The notes under the pieces: generated by a model
The model's input: the letters and a program-made list of their open reading frames with translations, nothing else
Told to the model about the DNA's origin: nothing
Database searches by the model: none
Shown here: piece after piece, positions 28,347-37,635 of the stretch
How positions within the stretch are numbered: position 1 is the first letter of the stretch
Layout: the number at the start of each line of letters is the position of its first letter
From: a bacterium
GTDB lineage: Bacteria > Zixibacteria > MSB-5A5 > GN15 > FEB-12
Direction: 5' to 3'
Assembly (NCBI GenBank): GCA_043819515.1
Contig: JBDRES010000003.1
Location: forward strand, 2,522-66,521
DNA length: 64,000 nucleotides
Program-made: the position numbers and the translations under genes

Positions 28347-30746
28347 TCAGTGAGGTGCTGCCGTTCCTCGGGCGGTGGGCGGCGCCTTCCGGGGCCGCCG
28401 GGTCGGCATCTGGGTCAGGACCAGCCCGAGAGCCTCGCTGACCTGGCGTACGAAGTGCAGCTCCAGCCCATCCACCAGCTCCTTTTGCAGCTCTACTATG
28501 TCCTTGCGGTTTCGCTCGGGGAGCACTATGCGCGTGATGCCTTGCCGATTGGCGGCCAGGAGTTTCTCGTTCAGGCCGCCGACCGGGAGCACATCACCGC
28601 CGAGGGTGATCTCCCCGGTCATGGCCGTGTCGGTTCGCACGCCGATTTTGGTGAGGGTCGAGACCAATGCTGCCAGCAAGGTAATCCCTGCCGAAGGACC
28701 ATCCTTGGGTACGGCTCCCTCGGGAATATGAATATGAAGCTCCATCTCGTCGTAGAAGTTGGTAGCCAGGCCCAGCTCCACGGCATGCCGGCGCACATAG
28801 GACAAAGCAGCCGTGGCCGATTCCTGCATGACATCACCCAGTGATCCCGTCAGGGTCAGTTGGGCTTTACCTTTCATAGGTACCACCTCGACCGGCAATA
28901 CTTCGCCGCCCATAGATGTCCAGGCCAGTCCCACGGCGTAGCCGATAGTCGGCCTCTTCTTAATGTCGGTCTCGGTATACTTGCGCTGCCCCAGGGCTTT
29001 GGTGACCTGCGGGCGTCCGTACGTGATACGGCGTCGCTTCTGACCTTCTGAGATCTCGACCGCCGTCTTGCGCAACATCGACATCATCTGCCGTTCCAGT
29101 TCACGGACACCTGCTTCGCGAGTGTAATACCGGATGATTTCTTCCAGAGCGCCCTCCCGAAATGCGGTATCGACACTGTGCAGACCGGATTGTTTTTTGA
29201 GTTTAGGGACCAGATAGTCGCGGGCGATGGCTACTTTCTCGAAGTCCAAATATCCGGGCAAACGGATAACTTCCATGCGGTCTTTCAGGGCGGGGGGTAT
29301 CGACTCGGTTGTATTGGCCGTGGTGATAAAGAGAACGTTGGAAAGGTCGAACTCAACCTCGAGGTAGTTGTCGGCAAAGGTGCAATTCTGCTCCGGATCC
29401 AGAACCTCCAGAAGGGCGGAGGCCGGATCGCCACGGAAATCACTGCCGATCTTGTCGATCTCGTCAAGCAACAGCAGGGGATTGTTGGATCCGGCTTTTT
29501 TGATCAGCTGAATGATCTTGCCCGGCATGGCTCCGATATAGGTTCGACGATGTCCCCTTATCTCCGCCTCATCATGGACACCGCCCAGCGACATCCGAAC
29601 AAAATTACGGCCCAGAGCACGGGCGATCGAGCGCCCTACCGAAGTTTTGCCCACTCCCGGCGGTCCGACCAGACACAAGATCGGTCCCCTGACCTTGCCC
29701 GCCAGGCTCATTACGGCCAAATGCTCGATAATCCGCTCTTTGGCTTTCTGGAGCCCATAATGGTCGCCGTCGAGAATCGCTTTTACTTCCTTGAAGTTAT
29801 CCCGGTCGGACGATGACCGGCGCCACGGAATTGCCAGCAGCCATTCCAGATAGGAGCGGACCACTCCGGACTCAGCCGAGTAGGGGTGCATTTTTGATAA
29901 GCGCTTGATTTCGTCGTCGGCCTTGGAGCGAACCTCCTCAGGGAAATCGCCTGCTTCCAGTTTGGCGAAGAGGTCGTCGACTTCCGCCCCTGGTTCGTCA
30001 AACTGACCGAGTTCATCTTTGATCGCCTTCAACTGCTGCTGCAGATAGTATTCGCGCTGACTCCGTGACATCGATTCACGCACGTTGCCGTCGATCTTGC
30101 GTTCGATCTTCAGTATCTCGATTTCCTCTTCGAGTACGTCGGTCAGAACCCGCAGACGATCACTGACGTTGACCGCTTCCAATATCTTCTGCTTAGTATC
30201 GATTCTGTGCAGCAGATGGGCGGCGATCGTATCGGTGCGTTGATTTAGATCATCTACGGACGATACCGTCAAAACGACTTCGTCCGGTATGCGGCGATTC
30301 AGACGCACGTATTCGGCAAAGCGCTCACTCACGTTGCGAGCCAGGGCCACCGTTTCCTTGCGGTCGCCGTCATCGGCCTGAAGAATCTCTACCTGAGCTT
30401 GGAGATATCGCTCGCGCCGCGAAAACGACGCTAGGCGAACGCGGGCCAAGCCCTCGACCAGGACTTTGAGGGTACCGTTGGGCATCTTCATAACCTGCAA
30501 AATGCGAGCTACGACGCCGACGTCATAGAGGTCTTCACGTTTCGGAGATTCAATATCGGCCCGCTTCTGAGCCACCAGAAGAACCTGCTTGCCTCGGACC
30601 ATGGCCCGCTGCAGAGCGTTGACGGTAAACTCACGCCCGATCAAGAGCGGGTACATCATGTAGGGGAACACGACCACATCCCGGAGGGGAATGATCGGTA
30701 GCCGCAACGGTACGTCAATCGATTCGGTGTTGTATTGTAGCTTCAT
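28347..30746 (-). CDS. lon: ATP-dependent endopeptidase La (Lon)
   Basis: LON N-domain, Walker A GPPGVGKTS, Walker B LLLLDEIDK, and protease Ser motif PKDGPSAGITLLAAL. Confidence 0.9.
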   Translation of the reverse strand: MKLQYNTESIDVPLRLPIIPLRDVVVFPYMMYPLLIGREFTVNALQRAMVRGKQVLLVAQKRADIESPKREDLYDVGVVARILQVMKMPNGTLKVLVEGLARVRLASFSRRERYLQAQVEILQADDGDRKETVALARNVSERFAEYVRLNRRIPDEVVLTVSSVDDLNQRTDTIAAHLLHRIDTKQKILEAVNVSDRLRVLTDVLEEEIEILKIERKIDGNVRESMSRSQREYYLQQQLKAIKDELGQFDEPGAEVDDLFAKLEAGDFPEEVRSKADDEIKRLSKMHPYSAESGVVRSYLEWLLAIPWRRSSSDRDNFKEVKAILDGDHYGLQKAKERIIEHLAVMSLAGKVRGPILCLVGPPGVGKTSVGRSIARALGRNFVRMSLGGVHDEAEIRGHRRTYIGAMPGKIIQLIKKAGSNNPLLLLDEIDKIGSDFRGDPASALLEVLDPEQNCTFADNYLEVEFDLSNVLFITTANTTESIPPALKDRMEVIRLPGYLDFEKVAIARDYLVPKLKKQSGLHSVDTAFREGALEEIIRYYTREAGVRELERQMMSMLRKTAVEISEGQKRRRITYGRPQVTKALGQRKYTETDIKKRPTIGYAVGLAWTSMGGEVLPVEVVPMKGKAQLTLTGSLGDVMQESATAALSYVRRHAVELGLATNFYDEMELHIHIPEGAVPKDGPSAGITLLAALVSTLTKIGVRTDTAMTGEITLGGDVLPVGGLNEKLLAANRQGITRIVLPERNRKDIVELQKELVDGLELHFVRQVSEALGLVLTQMPTRRPRKAPPTARGTAAPH

Positions 30747-30926
30747 ACTTCCTTTTCTATGGTCTCCGCGTTACCGGGCAACCCCAACATTATAGGCATT
30801 TTCGCCGATGGGGTAAACGACAAAATCGCCGGCCCTGCCGGCGTTCCAAGCGACTGGGAACGATATTGCGGCCCGGCCCCGGCTGCGACAGCCGATCCTG
30901 ATCGTTAAGTTGTTGTGGTGAAACGG

Positions 30927-31871
30927 TTAACGGATAGTCGTCAGGGTTATCCAGATGATAAAAAGAACGACGGCGATACCGGACAGGATCAGATAAGAGC
31001 GCGAGGAGTGACTTTTATGTAGCGGCTGCGGGATATCGACCTGTTCGCGCTCGAACTCGTCGATCGACTTAAGCGTGACCAGGAGTTCGTCAAAGTTGCT
31101 ACAGCGACCTGATTTGGCGCCGGCGAGGAGCTGCTCCACGAGAAGGACGATATCGCCGGGAAAACCCTGCGCCCGCAAGACGTCATAGTCAGGCTGCTCC
31201 CGGCGTATCAACTCCAGGAGCCCCTCGCGATCAGGAGCATCGTAGAGCCGGAGGCCGGTCAAGGTTTCATAAAACAGGACACCGGCAGAGTAGAAGTCGC
31301 CCAGCTGCCCCGGCCTTTGGCCATCAAGACACTCTGGTGGGACGTAGGCCAGCTCGGCTGTCGGCACATCGTCGATGCTTTCGCTTCGTTCCGGGACAAG
31401 CAATGGCAGGCCGCAATCCAGTATGCGGAGGATGCCGTCCGGGCCGATGATGACATTCGACGGCTTGAGATTGCCGTGCGTCAGTTGGTGACGATGGATA
31501 TGGTTCAGTCCGCGGGCCAGTTGCACGGCCAGCTCCAAGAATCGGTGCAGCGACACGGCCTGTTTTCTGACATACTGCTCGAGATTCAGCCCCTCCTGAT
31601 ATTCGCTCACAATCAGTATTGCCCGCCGGTACTCCCGGGCGTCGAAGATGGTTCCCAGATTGGGATGGGACAATTGGCGGGCCGATTCCAGCATAGGCAG
31701 GTAGCGCCAGGCGAAGGCATGTGCCTCTTCCTCCGGACGTCCAAACAGCTTCAGCACGACGACCCGTTGCAGGCCGGTGTCGTAGGCGCGCCATGTAACA
31801 CCATGACGGCTGCGGCCGAGCTCTTCGATGAGGTCGTAGTGCAGGATTTTGGGCAGGGATTGAGTCTCCAT
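30927..31871 (-). CDS. Hanks-type Ser/Thr kinase-like protein, predicted pseudokinase, C-terminal TM anchor
   Basis: The kinase fold is recognisable (VVVLKL, LSHPNL, ILDCG, YVPPE, DFYSAGVLFYE). The catalytic loop reads HGNLKPSN instead of HRDLKPxN and the Gly-rich loop is degenerate (LGRSRHG). It ends in the TM helix LILSGIAVVLFIIWITL. Confidence 0.7.
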   Translation of the reverse strand: METQSLPKILHYDLIEELGRSRHGVTWRAYDTGLQRVVVLKLFGRPEEEAHAFAWRYLPMLESARQLSHPNLGTIFDAREYRRAILIVSEYQEGLNLEQYVRKQAVSLHRFLELAVQLARGLNHIHRHQLTHGNLKPSNVIIGPDGILRILDCGLPLLVPERSESIDDVPTAELAYVPPECLDGQRPGQLGDFYSAGVLFYETLTGLRLYDAPDREGLLELIRREQPDYDVLRAQGFPGDIVLLVEQLLAGAKSGRCSNFDELLVTLKSIDEFEREQVDIPQPLHKSHSSRSYLILSGIAVVLFIIWITLTTIR

Positions 31872-32038
31872 GTATATAATAACGGCCGATTCGGCCGATC
31901 CCTTGAGATCGGTCTACTATCTCGGTTGGCTGACTACTGCCGGGGCTACGACAAACTCTCGATTGACAGACCTGTTTCGACATGGTACTGTAGGACCGGG
32001 CCGGACAAGAACGGCAACAATAAGGACACGATAAATTT

Positions 32039-33463
32039 ATGACCGACAGAAAACCAGCCGTGGCCGGGCTTTTTTATCCGGCCAATCCCGGCGAGCTAGC
32101 CAAAACGATTGCCGGTTTTTTTAGCGAAGTTGACAAGCTGCCGATTGACGGGCATCCCCTGGCGCTTATCGCCCCCCATGCCGGCTACCCGTATTCGGGA
32201 CGGGTGGCGGCCAAAGCTTATAAGCTGCTTGAGGGTTTGGAATACGACACGGTGGTGGTAGTGAGCCCGTCTCACACCGTTTTTTTTAGGGGGGCCTCGA
32301 TTTACCCCGGCGATGCCTATGTGACTCCGTTGGGGAGAATCGAGGTTGACCGGCAACTGGTTCGCGAAATGGTCGGCATAAACCCGGCCGTGCATGTTTC
32401 GGACAAAGGCCACGCCACCGGCGCCACTCGTGGTGAACATGCCTTGGAAGTACAATTGCCGTTTCTGCAAATCGTGCTGGGACAGTTCAAGCTTATCCCG
32501 ATCGTAATGGGTGACCAGGAGGAGGACACCATTGCCGGTCTGGCCGGAGTTCTCTCCACGACGCTGGCCGGAAGGCGAGCCCTCATGGTAGCCTCGACAG
32601 ATCTGTCGCACTTTCATTCGGAGAAATCAGCCAGGCAGCTGGATGCATCTGTCCAGAGGGCGATCGAACGATTTGACCCGGATCTGCTTATGGAAACGCT
32701 GGAGGCGGGCAGTGGCGAGGCCTGTGGCGGTGGACCGGTGGCCGCTGTGATGACAGCCGCTCGACGACTGGGGGCGAACTCGGTGCAGTTTGTTGATTAC
32801 ACTACCTCGGCTCAGACCACGGAGGATCTGGACAGTGTCGTCGGCTATCTGTCTGCGGTCGTGTTGCGACCCAGGACGGCAAAACGCAAGGCGGCGACCA
32901 TAGGCAGCCCGGCGGCTTCATCCAAGAAGAGTGAGCATCTGACGACCGCCGGTCGGGAGAAGCTGATCGGCATCGCCCGCCAGGCCATCTCGCATAAGAT
33001 TCAGGGGATGGCCTATCAACCGCCCCGCGATGAGTCGCTTGATATGCGGCGCGGCATCTTCGTGACGGTGACAATCGGCGAGCAATTACGCGGTTGTATC
33101 GGACAGGTACGGGCTCGTCAACCTCTGTGGCAGGCGGTAGCCGATATGGCCGTGGCAGCCGCCTTTGAGGACCCCCGCTTTGCCCCTCTGACTGAGGCCG
33201 AGTATGGCGACATTGAGATTGAGATCTCCGTGCTGACGCCGCTTGAACGGGTACACAATTTTGACGAGATCGAAGTCGGCCGCGACGGACTAATGGTCAA
33301 ACTCGATTTTCACTCGGGGCTGTTGTTGCCGCAGGTGGCCACGGAAAACCAGTGGGACCGCACGACCTTTCTGGAGCAAACCTGTCTCAAGGCCGGCCTG
33401 CCAAAAAACCGCTACCTCGACAAGCACGCCGAAGTCTACAAATTCCAGACGCAGGTATTCTAG
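32039..33463 (+). CDS. AmmeMemoRadiSam system protein B (MEMO-like) fused to protein A (AMMECR1), copy 1, no leader
   Basis: The N-terminal half has AGLFYPANPGEL...LIAPHAGYPYSGRVAA...STDLSHF (MEMO / TIGR04336-like). After a basic linker, the C-terminal half has GIFVTVTIGEQLRGCIGQV...AAFEDPRFAPL...EISVLTP...LLPQVA (AMMECR1 / TIGR04335-like). Confidence 0.85.
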   Translation: MTDRKPAVAGLFYPANPGELAKTIAGFFSEVDKLPIDGHPLALIAPHAGYPYSGRVAAKAYKLLEGLEYDTVVVVSPSHTVFFRGASIYPGDAYVTPLGRIEVDRQLVREMVGINPAVHVSDKGHATGATRGEHALEVQLPFLQIVLGQFKLIPIVMGDQEEDTIAGLAGVLSTTLAGRRALMVASTDLSHFHSEKSARQLDASVQRAIERFDPDLLMETLEAGSGEACGGGPVAAVMTAARRLGANSVQFVDYTTSAQTTEDLDSVVGYLSAVVLRPRTAKRKAATIGSPAASSKKSEHLTTAGREKLIGIARQAISHKIQGMAYQPPRDESLDMRRGIFVTVTIGEQLRGCIGQVRARQPLWQAVADMAVAAAFEDPRFAPLTEAEYGDIEIEISVLTPLERVHNFDEIEVGRDGLMVKLDFHSGLLLPQVATENQWDRTTFLEQTCLKAGLPKNRYLDKHAEVYKFQTQVF

Positions 33464-33565
33464 CCCGGACCAGTATCCAACGCCGGCGAAAATTGACCGG
33501 CGCCGACTGGTCGGGGCGGCGCTATTGACTTGTTCGGCGACGCGGCAGGACGTAAATTACCCGCT

Positions 33566-34558
33566 ATGAATTTGTCGCTACCATCAGTCCTGATCACCGG
33601 GGCCAACGGTTTTGTCGGCACTCGCTTGTGCCTGAGACTCCTAGGCGAGGGTTACCGGGTGACGGCCGGTGTGCGGCGTACGTCCGATTTGACCTCCCTG
33701 GCCCGGATGGACCTGGAATATCGCTACGGGGATATCAATGATCCGAACAGCCTGGGGGAAATGGTCACCGGTGTGGACTACATCGTACACAATGCCGGTC
33801 TGACCAAAGCCAGGCACCCCGATGATTTCACGCGGGTCAATGTCGAGGGTACCAAGTCGCTCATGGCCGCCGTCAAGGCGCACAATCCGCAACTCAAGCG
33901 CCTGGTGTATGTTTCTTCGGTCGCCGCCACCGGGCCGTCCGAACCGCATCAGGCCAGGTCCGAGGCCGATCAGCCGCAGCCTATTACCCAATACGGTCGG
34001 TCCAAGCTGGCCGGTGAGCAGGCGGCGCTGGCTTACAGCCGTGACTTTCCTGTCACGGCTATTCGTCCGCCGGGAGTTTATGGCCCCGGTGATCGGGAGA
34101 TATTCAGTTTTTTCCAGACCGTCTATCGCGGCTTAAAACCGCTAATCGGTGATCCCAACCGACGTCTCAATCTGGTCCATGTCGACGACCTCTGTCGTGG
34201 TTTGGCCCTGGCGTTGGCCGACAAGGAGACCTCCGGCGAGGTGTTTCACATTGCCGAGGATCGCGCCTACAGCATGATCGAACTTGTCACTCTTCTCCAA
34301 CAGGGATGTGGACGAAGAGCCTTCAATCTCAAGCTACCCGGTGGTCTGTTTCGGTTGATAGCGGCTGTTTCCGAGGGTGTCTTTAAGTTGTTTGGCCGGA
34401 CCCCCATGCTGACCCGCGAGAAAGCCGATGAACTGCTAGCATCATGGGAGGTTTCGGTTGAAAAAGCTCACGAACTGCTTGGCTATCGGTCGCGAATTCC
34501 GTTTGCCCAAGGTGCGGTCGAGACCTATCAATGGTATCTCAAAAATGGTTGGTTATGA
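33566..34558 (+). CDS. NAD-dependent epimerase/dehydratase (extended SDR)
   Basis: I place the start at ATG 33566. Rossmann motif VLITGANGFVGTRL. Catalytic YGRSK (YxxxK). Confidence 0.8.
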   Translation: MNLSLPSVLITGANGFVGTRLCLRLLGEGYRVTAGVRRTSDLTSLARMDLEYRYGDINDPNSLGEMVTGVDYIVHNAGLTKARHPDDFTRVNVEGTKSLMAAVKAHNPQLKRLVYVSSVAATGPSEPHQARSEADQPQPITQYGRSKLAGEQAALAYSRDFPVTAIRPPGVYGPGDREIFSFFQTVYRGLKPLIGDPNRRLNLVHVDDLCRGLALALADKETSGEVFHIAEDRAYSMIELVTLLQQGCGRRAFNLKLPGGLFRLIAAVSEGVFKLFGRTPMLTREKADELLASWEVSVEKAHELLGYRSRIPFAQGAVETYQWYLKNGWL

Positions 34559-34977
34559 TCGTCTCGATTGAATTACTACTGTACAGCCTGGCGTCGGGAG
34601 CACTGTGGTTAGTGCTGGTTGCTTTGGTGCACCGTAAGGTTGCCCGTTGGGCGCGGATCGATAGGGAAGTGCCGCGCGAGCTGATCGATGACTCCGGCAT
34701 GGCTGGGATGGCGGTTCAGTTTTTCATGGAGTTGGTTTTCTTGGTGGTAATCCCGACTATGGCCTATGCCCTGTTTTCGATGATTTTGCCTCTGACCGGG
34801 TTGCGAACCGGCCTGGCCGTCGGGCTGATTGCCTTCACCCTGGGAGCCGCACCATGCATCATCGGACTGGCCATGCAATTGCGTTTTTCGCTATTGTATC
34901 TGACCTACTTCCTGGCCGGGATGCTACTGAAGATACTGGGGACTCTGGGGATAATTGCATACCTGTATTCACTATGA
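34555..34977 (+). CDS. Small integral membrane protein (about 4 TM helices)
   Basis: ATGA start/stop overlap with the upstream SDR at 34555..34558. There are four hydrophobic segments and no recognisable motif. Confidence 0.5.
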   Translation: MIVSIELLLYSLASGALWLVLVALVHRKVARWARIDREVPRELIDDSGMAGMAVQFFMELVFLVVIPTMAYALFSMILPLTGLRTGLAVGLIAFTLGAAPCIIGLAMQLRFSLLYLTYFLAGMLLKILGTLGIIAYLYSL

Positions 34978-34988
34978 GGTGAAACGAA

Positions 34989-36155
34989 ATGGCGACGCGA
35001 CCGGATTTCTCTAAAGCGCGGCGGCTTTTTCCACATGCTCCCAAGACAGTCTATTTCAATTCGGCTTCATATGGACCGTTTTGCCGGCCGGTGGCGGCCG
35101 CCATTGAGCGCAATGTTGCTGTCCGTCTGGCCGCCAACCGCGATGACTCCCACGACGCTTTTGCCGCCTCCGACCATCTGCGTACAGTATACGCCGGCAT
35201 GATCGGCGCTCACAAACGCGAGGTCGGCATCGGCCTCAACACCACCTTCGGACTAAACATCGCCGCCTTCGGTCTGTCTTTGAAGCCGGGTGATGAAGTC
35301 CTCATTCCTGATATCGAGTTTCCGGCCATAGCATATACCTGGCGGGCGGCGGCCGAAGCGGCCGGATTCAAAGTCAAATTTGTCAAGACGGTCGATCGCT
35401 GCTTTGACCTGAACCGCCTTGAGGATGCTATCACCACCCGTACGCGAGTGGCCAGCCTGTCCTGGGTGCAGTTTTTCAACGGTTACAAAGTCGATCTGTC
35501 ACCCCTGGCCAAGTTGTGTCGTGATCGCGATATCCTGCTGGTTGTGGACGGTATCCAGGGCATGGGGGTCGAGCCGATCAACGTCCGCCAACTGGGCGTA
35601 GACGTTTTCACCTCCGGCTGTCAGAAGTGGATGTTGTCGCCGCAGGGTGGTGGCTTTTTCTATCTCTCTGATCGCATCCGGGACAAACTCAAACATCCCT
35701 TCATGAGCTGGCTGGGCGTCGACTGGAAAGTGCAGTTCACCGATCTGTTCCGCTACGACCTACCCTGGTTTGACTCGGCCAGGCGTTTCGAGATGGGCTA
35801 CTATGCCGTCCTGAATCTGCTCGGCATGGAAGCGGCGGCCGGAGTCTTCACCGATTTGGGAATACGCAATATCCAGGGTCACAACTATGATCTGATCGAC
35901 CGGCTGGCCGACTTCATCAAAAAGCACCCCTTCTATCGGGCCACCTCGTCATTGGATCGGCGCCATCGCTCGTCGATCTTTACTTTCACCTGTCGCGACT
36001 ATCAAAAGCTGCACAAGAAAATACTCAAAGCCGGCATCGTGCTGGTGCAACGGGAGGGCTCGATACGGGTGTCGGTGCACCTGTTCAACAACCAGCGGGA
36101 TATTGACCGTCTGAAGTCGGTTCTTGAGGATTTCGCACGCGAACATCGTCCGTGA
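34989..36155 (+). CDS. Class V aminotransferase / cysteine-desulfurase-like PLP enzyme
   Basis: Fold-type I blocks, including DVFTSGCQKWMLSPQGGG (PLP-lysine motif SxxK...P.G.G) and LLVVDGIQGMG. Confidence 0.75.
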   Translation: MATRPDFSKARRLFPHAPKTVYFNSASYGPFCRPVAAAIERNVAVRLAANRDDSHDAFAASDHLRTVYAGMIGAHKREVGIGLNTTFGLNIAAFGLSLKPGDEVLIPDIEFPAIAYTWRAAAEAAGFKVKFVKTVDRCFDLNRLEDAITTRTRVASLSWVQFFNGYKVDLSPLAKLCRDRDILLVVDGIQGMGVEPINVRQLGVDVFTSGCQKWMLSPQGGGFFYLSDRIRDKLKHPFMSWLGVDWKVQFTDLFRYDLPWFDSARRFEMGYYAVLNLLGMEAAAGVFTDLGIRNIQGHNYDLIDRLADFIKKHPFYRATSSLDRRHRSSIFTFTCRDYQKLHKKILKAGIVLVQREGSIRVSVHLFNNQRDIDRLKSVLEDFAREHRP

Positions 36156-36185
36156 GGGTGAGGGCCGTCTCAAAGTCCATCCGGC

Positions 36186-37226
36186 TTACTCGCCGTCCCT
36201 GGTCAGCTCGGCGGCTATGAGATCGGCCAGAAGCTGATGGCCGCCCGCATTGAAGTGAATGAAGTCGCGGCGGGGATCGTCGTAAAGATCGCTGCGCGTA
36301 TCGAACGCGGCCGCGGCGTCGATCAATACAACCCCGAGTTTCTGAGCCACCTCACGGACCACGACGTTATACCGCTGATGGTTTCTGACGGCCGGGTGGT
36401 TGACTACGGCCGCCCCATAGGCGAGGTGCGACGGCTGCGGTTCGGTGACCAAAAAGACTCTGGCGCCCATAGCCCGGGCCATTTTGATGATATCGGTGAG
36501 TGTTTGCCGGTAGCTCACCAGGTCTACCCTGTACACCGGCGCGGCGCGGTCAAAGAGCGAGTCAAGGGGTGGCTCTACGTGGCTCAGCAGGAGCTTCTTC
36601 AGCAGCCGGTAAATCTGCAACCGCCCCAGACTGTTTTGTAAATCGATAAGTAATTCGGATCCAAGATCCTGGTCGATATCTGAGGTCTGGTTGGCCGCCG
36701 CCCATTGGTCATTCCACCCAAACATGACAACTATCACATCCGGGTTCAGACCTGAGGCGACTCGCTCAAGCGATCGCAACCCCTGCAGCGAGCTGTAACC
36801 TGGCACGGCAGCATTGACCACCTCGTAGTCTTTGCCCAGTTGTCGCTGCAACTGGCCCGCAGTCGATTCCTCCCATCCGACCCCCCAGCCAAACAAGCAG
36901 GAATTGCCCAATAGCATGATCCGCTCGTGATCATCGTCAACCTGAATCTCCGGTCCCCGGAAACCAGAGGCGTTTATGGTGTAGGTTTTCCCTTCAAAAA
37001 ACTGCGAGGTGATAGTCTGCGACGGTCGTAATCGCCAAAACAGGTCCCGGTCGCGTTCGAAGACTTCGGGATAATCAAGGGCTCGGTTGAGGACAAACAA
37101 CCGATTTTGAAAGCGGGCGTCGATATCAAGCAGGCGCAGGCCCCCTTCGCACAATGCCAAGAACGACAACAGCACGAGCACTGCTGCCGCGATCTTGAAG
37201 CGGGGAGAGGACGACAAACGTGCCAT
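36186..37226 (-). CDS. SGNH/GDSL-family hydrolase with N-terminal membrane anchor
   Basis: Block I IMLLGNSCLFGWG, block III WNDQW-region and block V DFIHFNAGGH (DxxH). N-terminal hydrophobic helix AAAVLVLLSFLAL. Confidence 0.65.
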   Translation of the reverse strand: MARLSSSPRFKIAAAVLVLLSFLALCEGGLRLLDIDARFQNRLFVLNRALDYPEVFERDRDLFWRLRPSQTITSQFFEGKTYTINASGFRGPEIQVDDDHERIMLLGNSCLFGWGVGWEESTAGQLQRQLGKDYEVVNAAVPGYSSLQGLRSLERVASGLNPDVIVVMFGWNDQWAAANQTSDIDQDLGSELLIDLQNSLGRLQIYRLLKKLLLSHVEPPLDSLFDRAAPVYRVDLVSYRQTLTDIIKMARAMGARVFLVTEPQPSHLAYGAAVVNHPAVRNHQRYNVVVREVAQKLGVVLIDAAAAFDTRSDLYDDPRRDFIHFNAGGHQLLADLIAAELTRDGE

Positions 37227-37287
37227 GCGGCAATATAGATCGGTGGGCGGACAACTGTCAGCAATTTATAATCGGATCCGATATGGC

Positions 37288-37446
37288 TCAGAAGAGGGAG
37301 TATATAAACGGGGCCAGAACCGATGACTCGGTCAGGACAATCAGCAATGACAGCATCAGCAAAACCACTACGATGGGCGTAAGCCACCATTTCTTTGAGT
37401 ATCGCAGAAACTGCCAGAACTCAGCCAGTATGCCCAGTTTGCTCAT
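37288..37446 (-). CDS. DUF5989-like small membrane protein (52 aa)
   Basis: MSKLGILAEFWQFLRYSKKWWLTPIVVVLLMLSLLIVLTESSVLAPFIYSLF closely matches my memory of the DUF5989 consensus (...EFW.FL...KKWWL.PI...L.L..L......S...PFIY.LF). The start is trimmed to ATG 37446. Confidence 0.6.
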   Translation of the reverse strand: MSKLGILAEFWQFLRYSKKWWLTPIVVVLLMLSLLIVLTESSVLAPFIYSLF

Positions 37447-37635
37447 ACGTGGACGATAACCACTGAGCACCGTCGTTGTCAACAGCTGTTCATCGATTGG
37501 CCGCAGCCAAGGTCCGCGAATCTTCCTGCACATAGAGACGTTTTCTATTTAGAAAGCCGTTGTCAAGGCACCGAAAATTCCTTATATGAGCAGCATCACC
37601 GGGCGTGGTGATGACCAGAAGGCGCGATAGGGTTT

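Noticed and set aside
31317-32042. 241-aa plus-strand ORF and 219-aa alternative-frame minus ORF (31324..31983)
   Set aside because: They overlap the kinase-like gene, whose frame is supported by ordered Hanks subdomains. The alternatives are Arg/Pro/Gly-rich with no motif.
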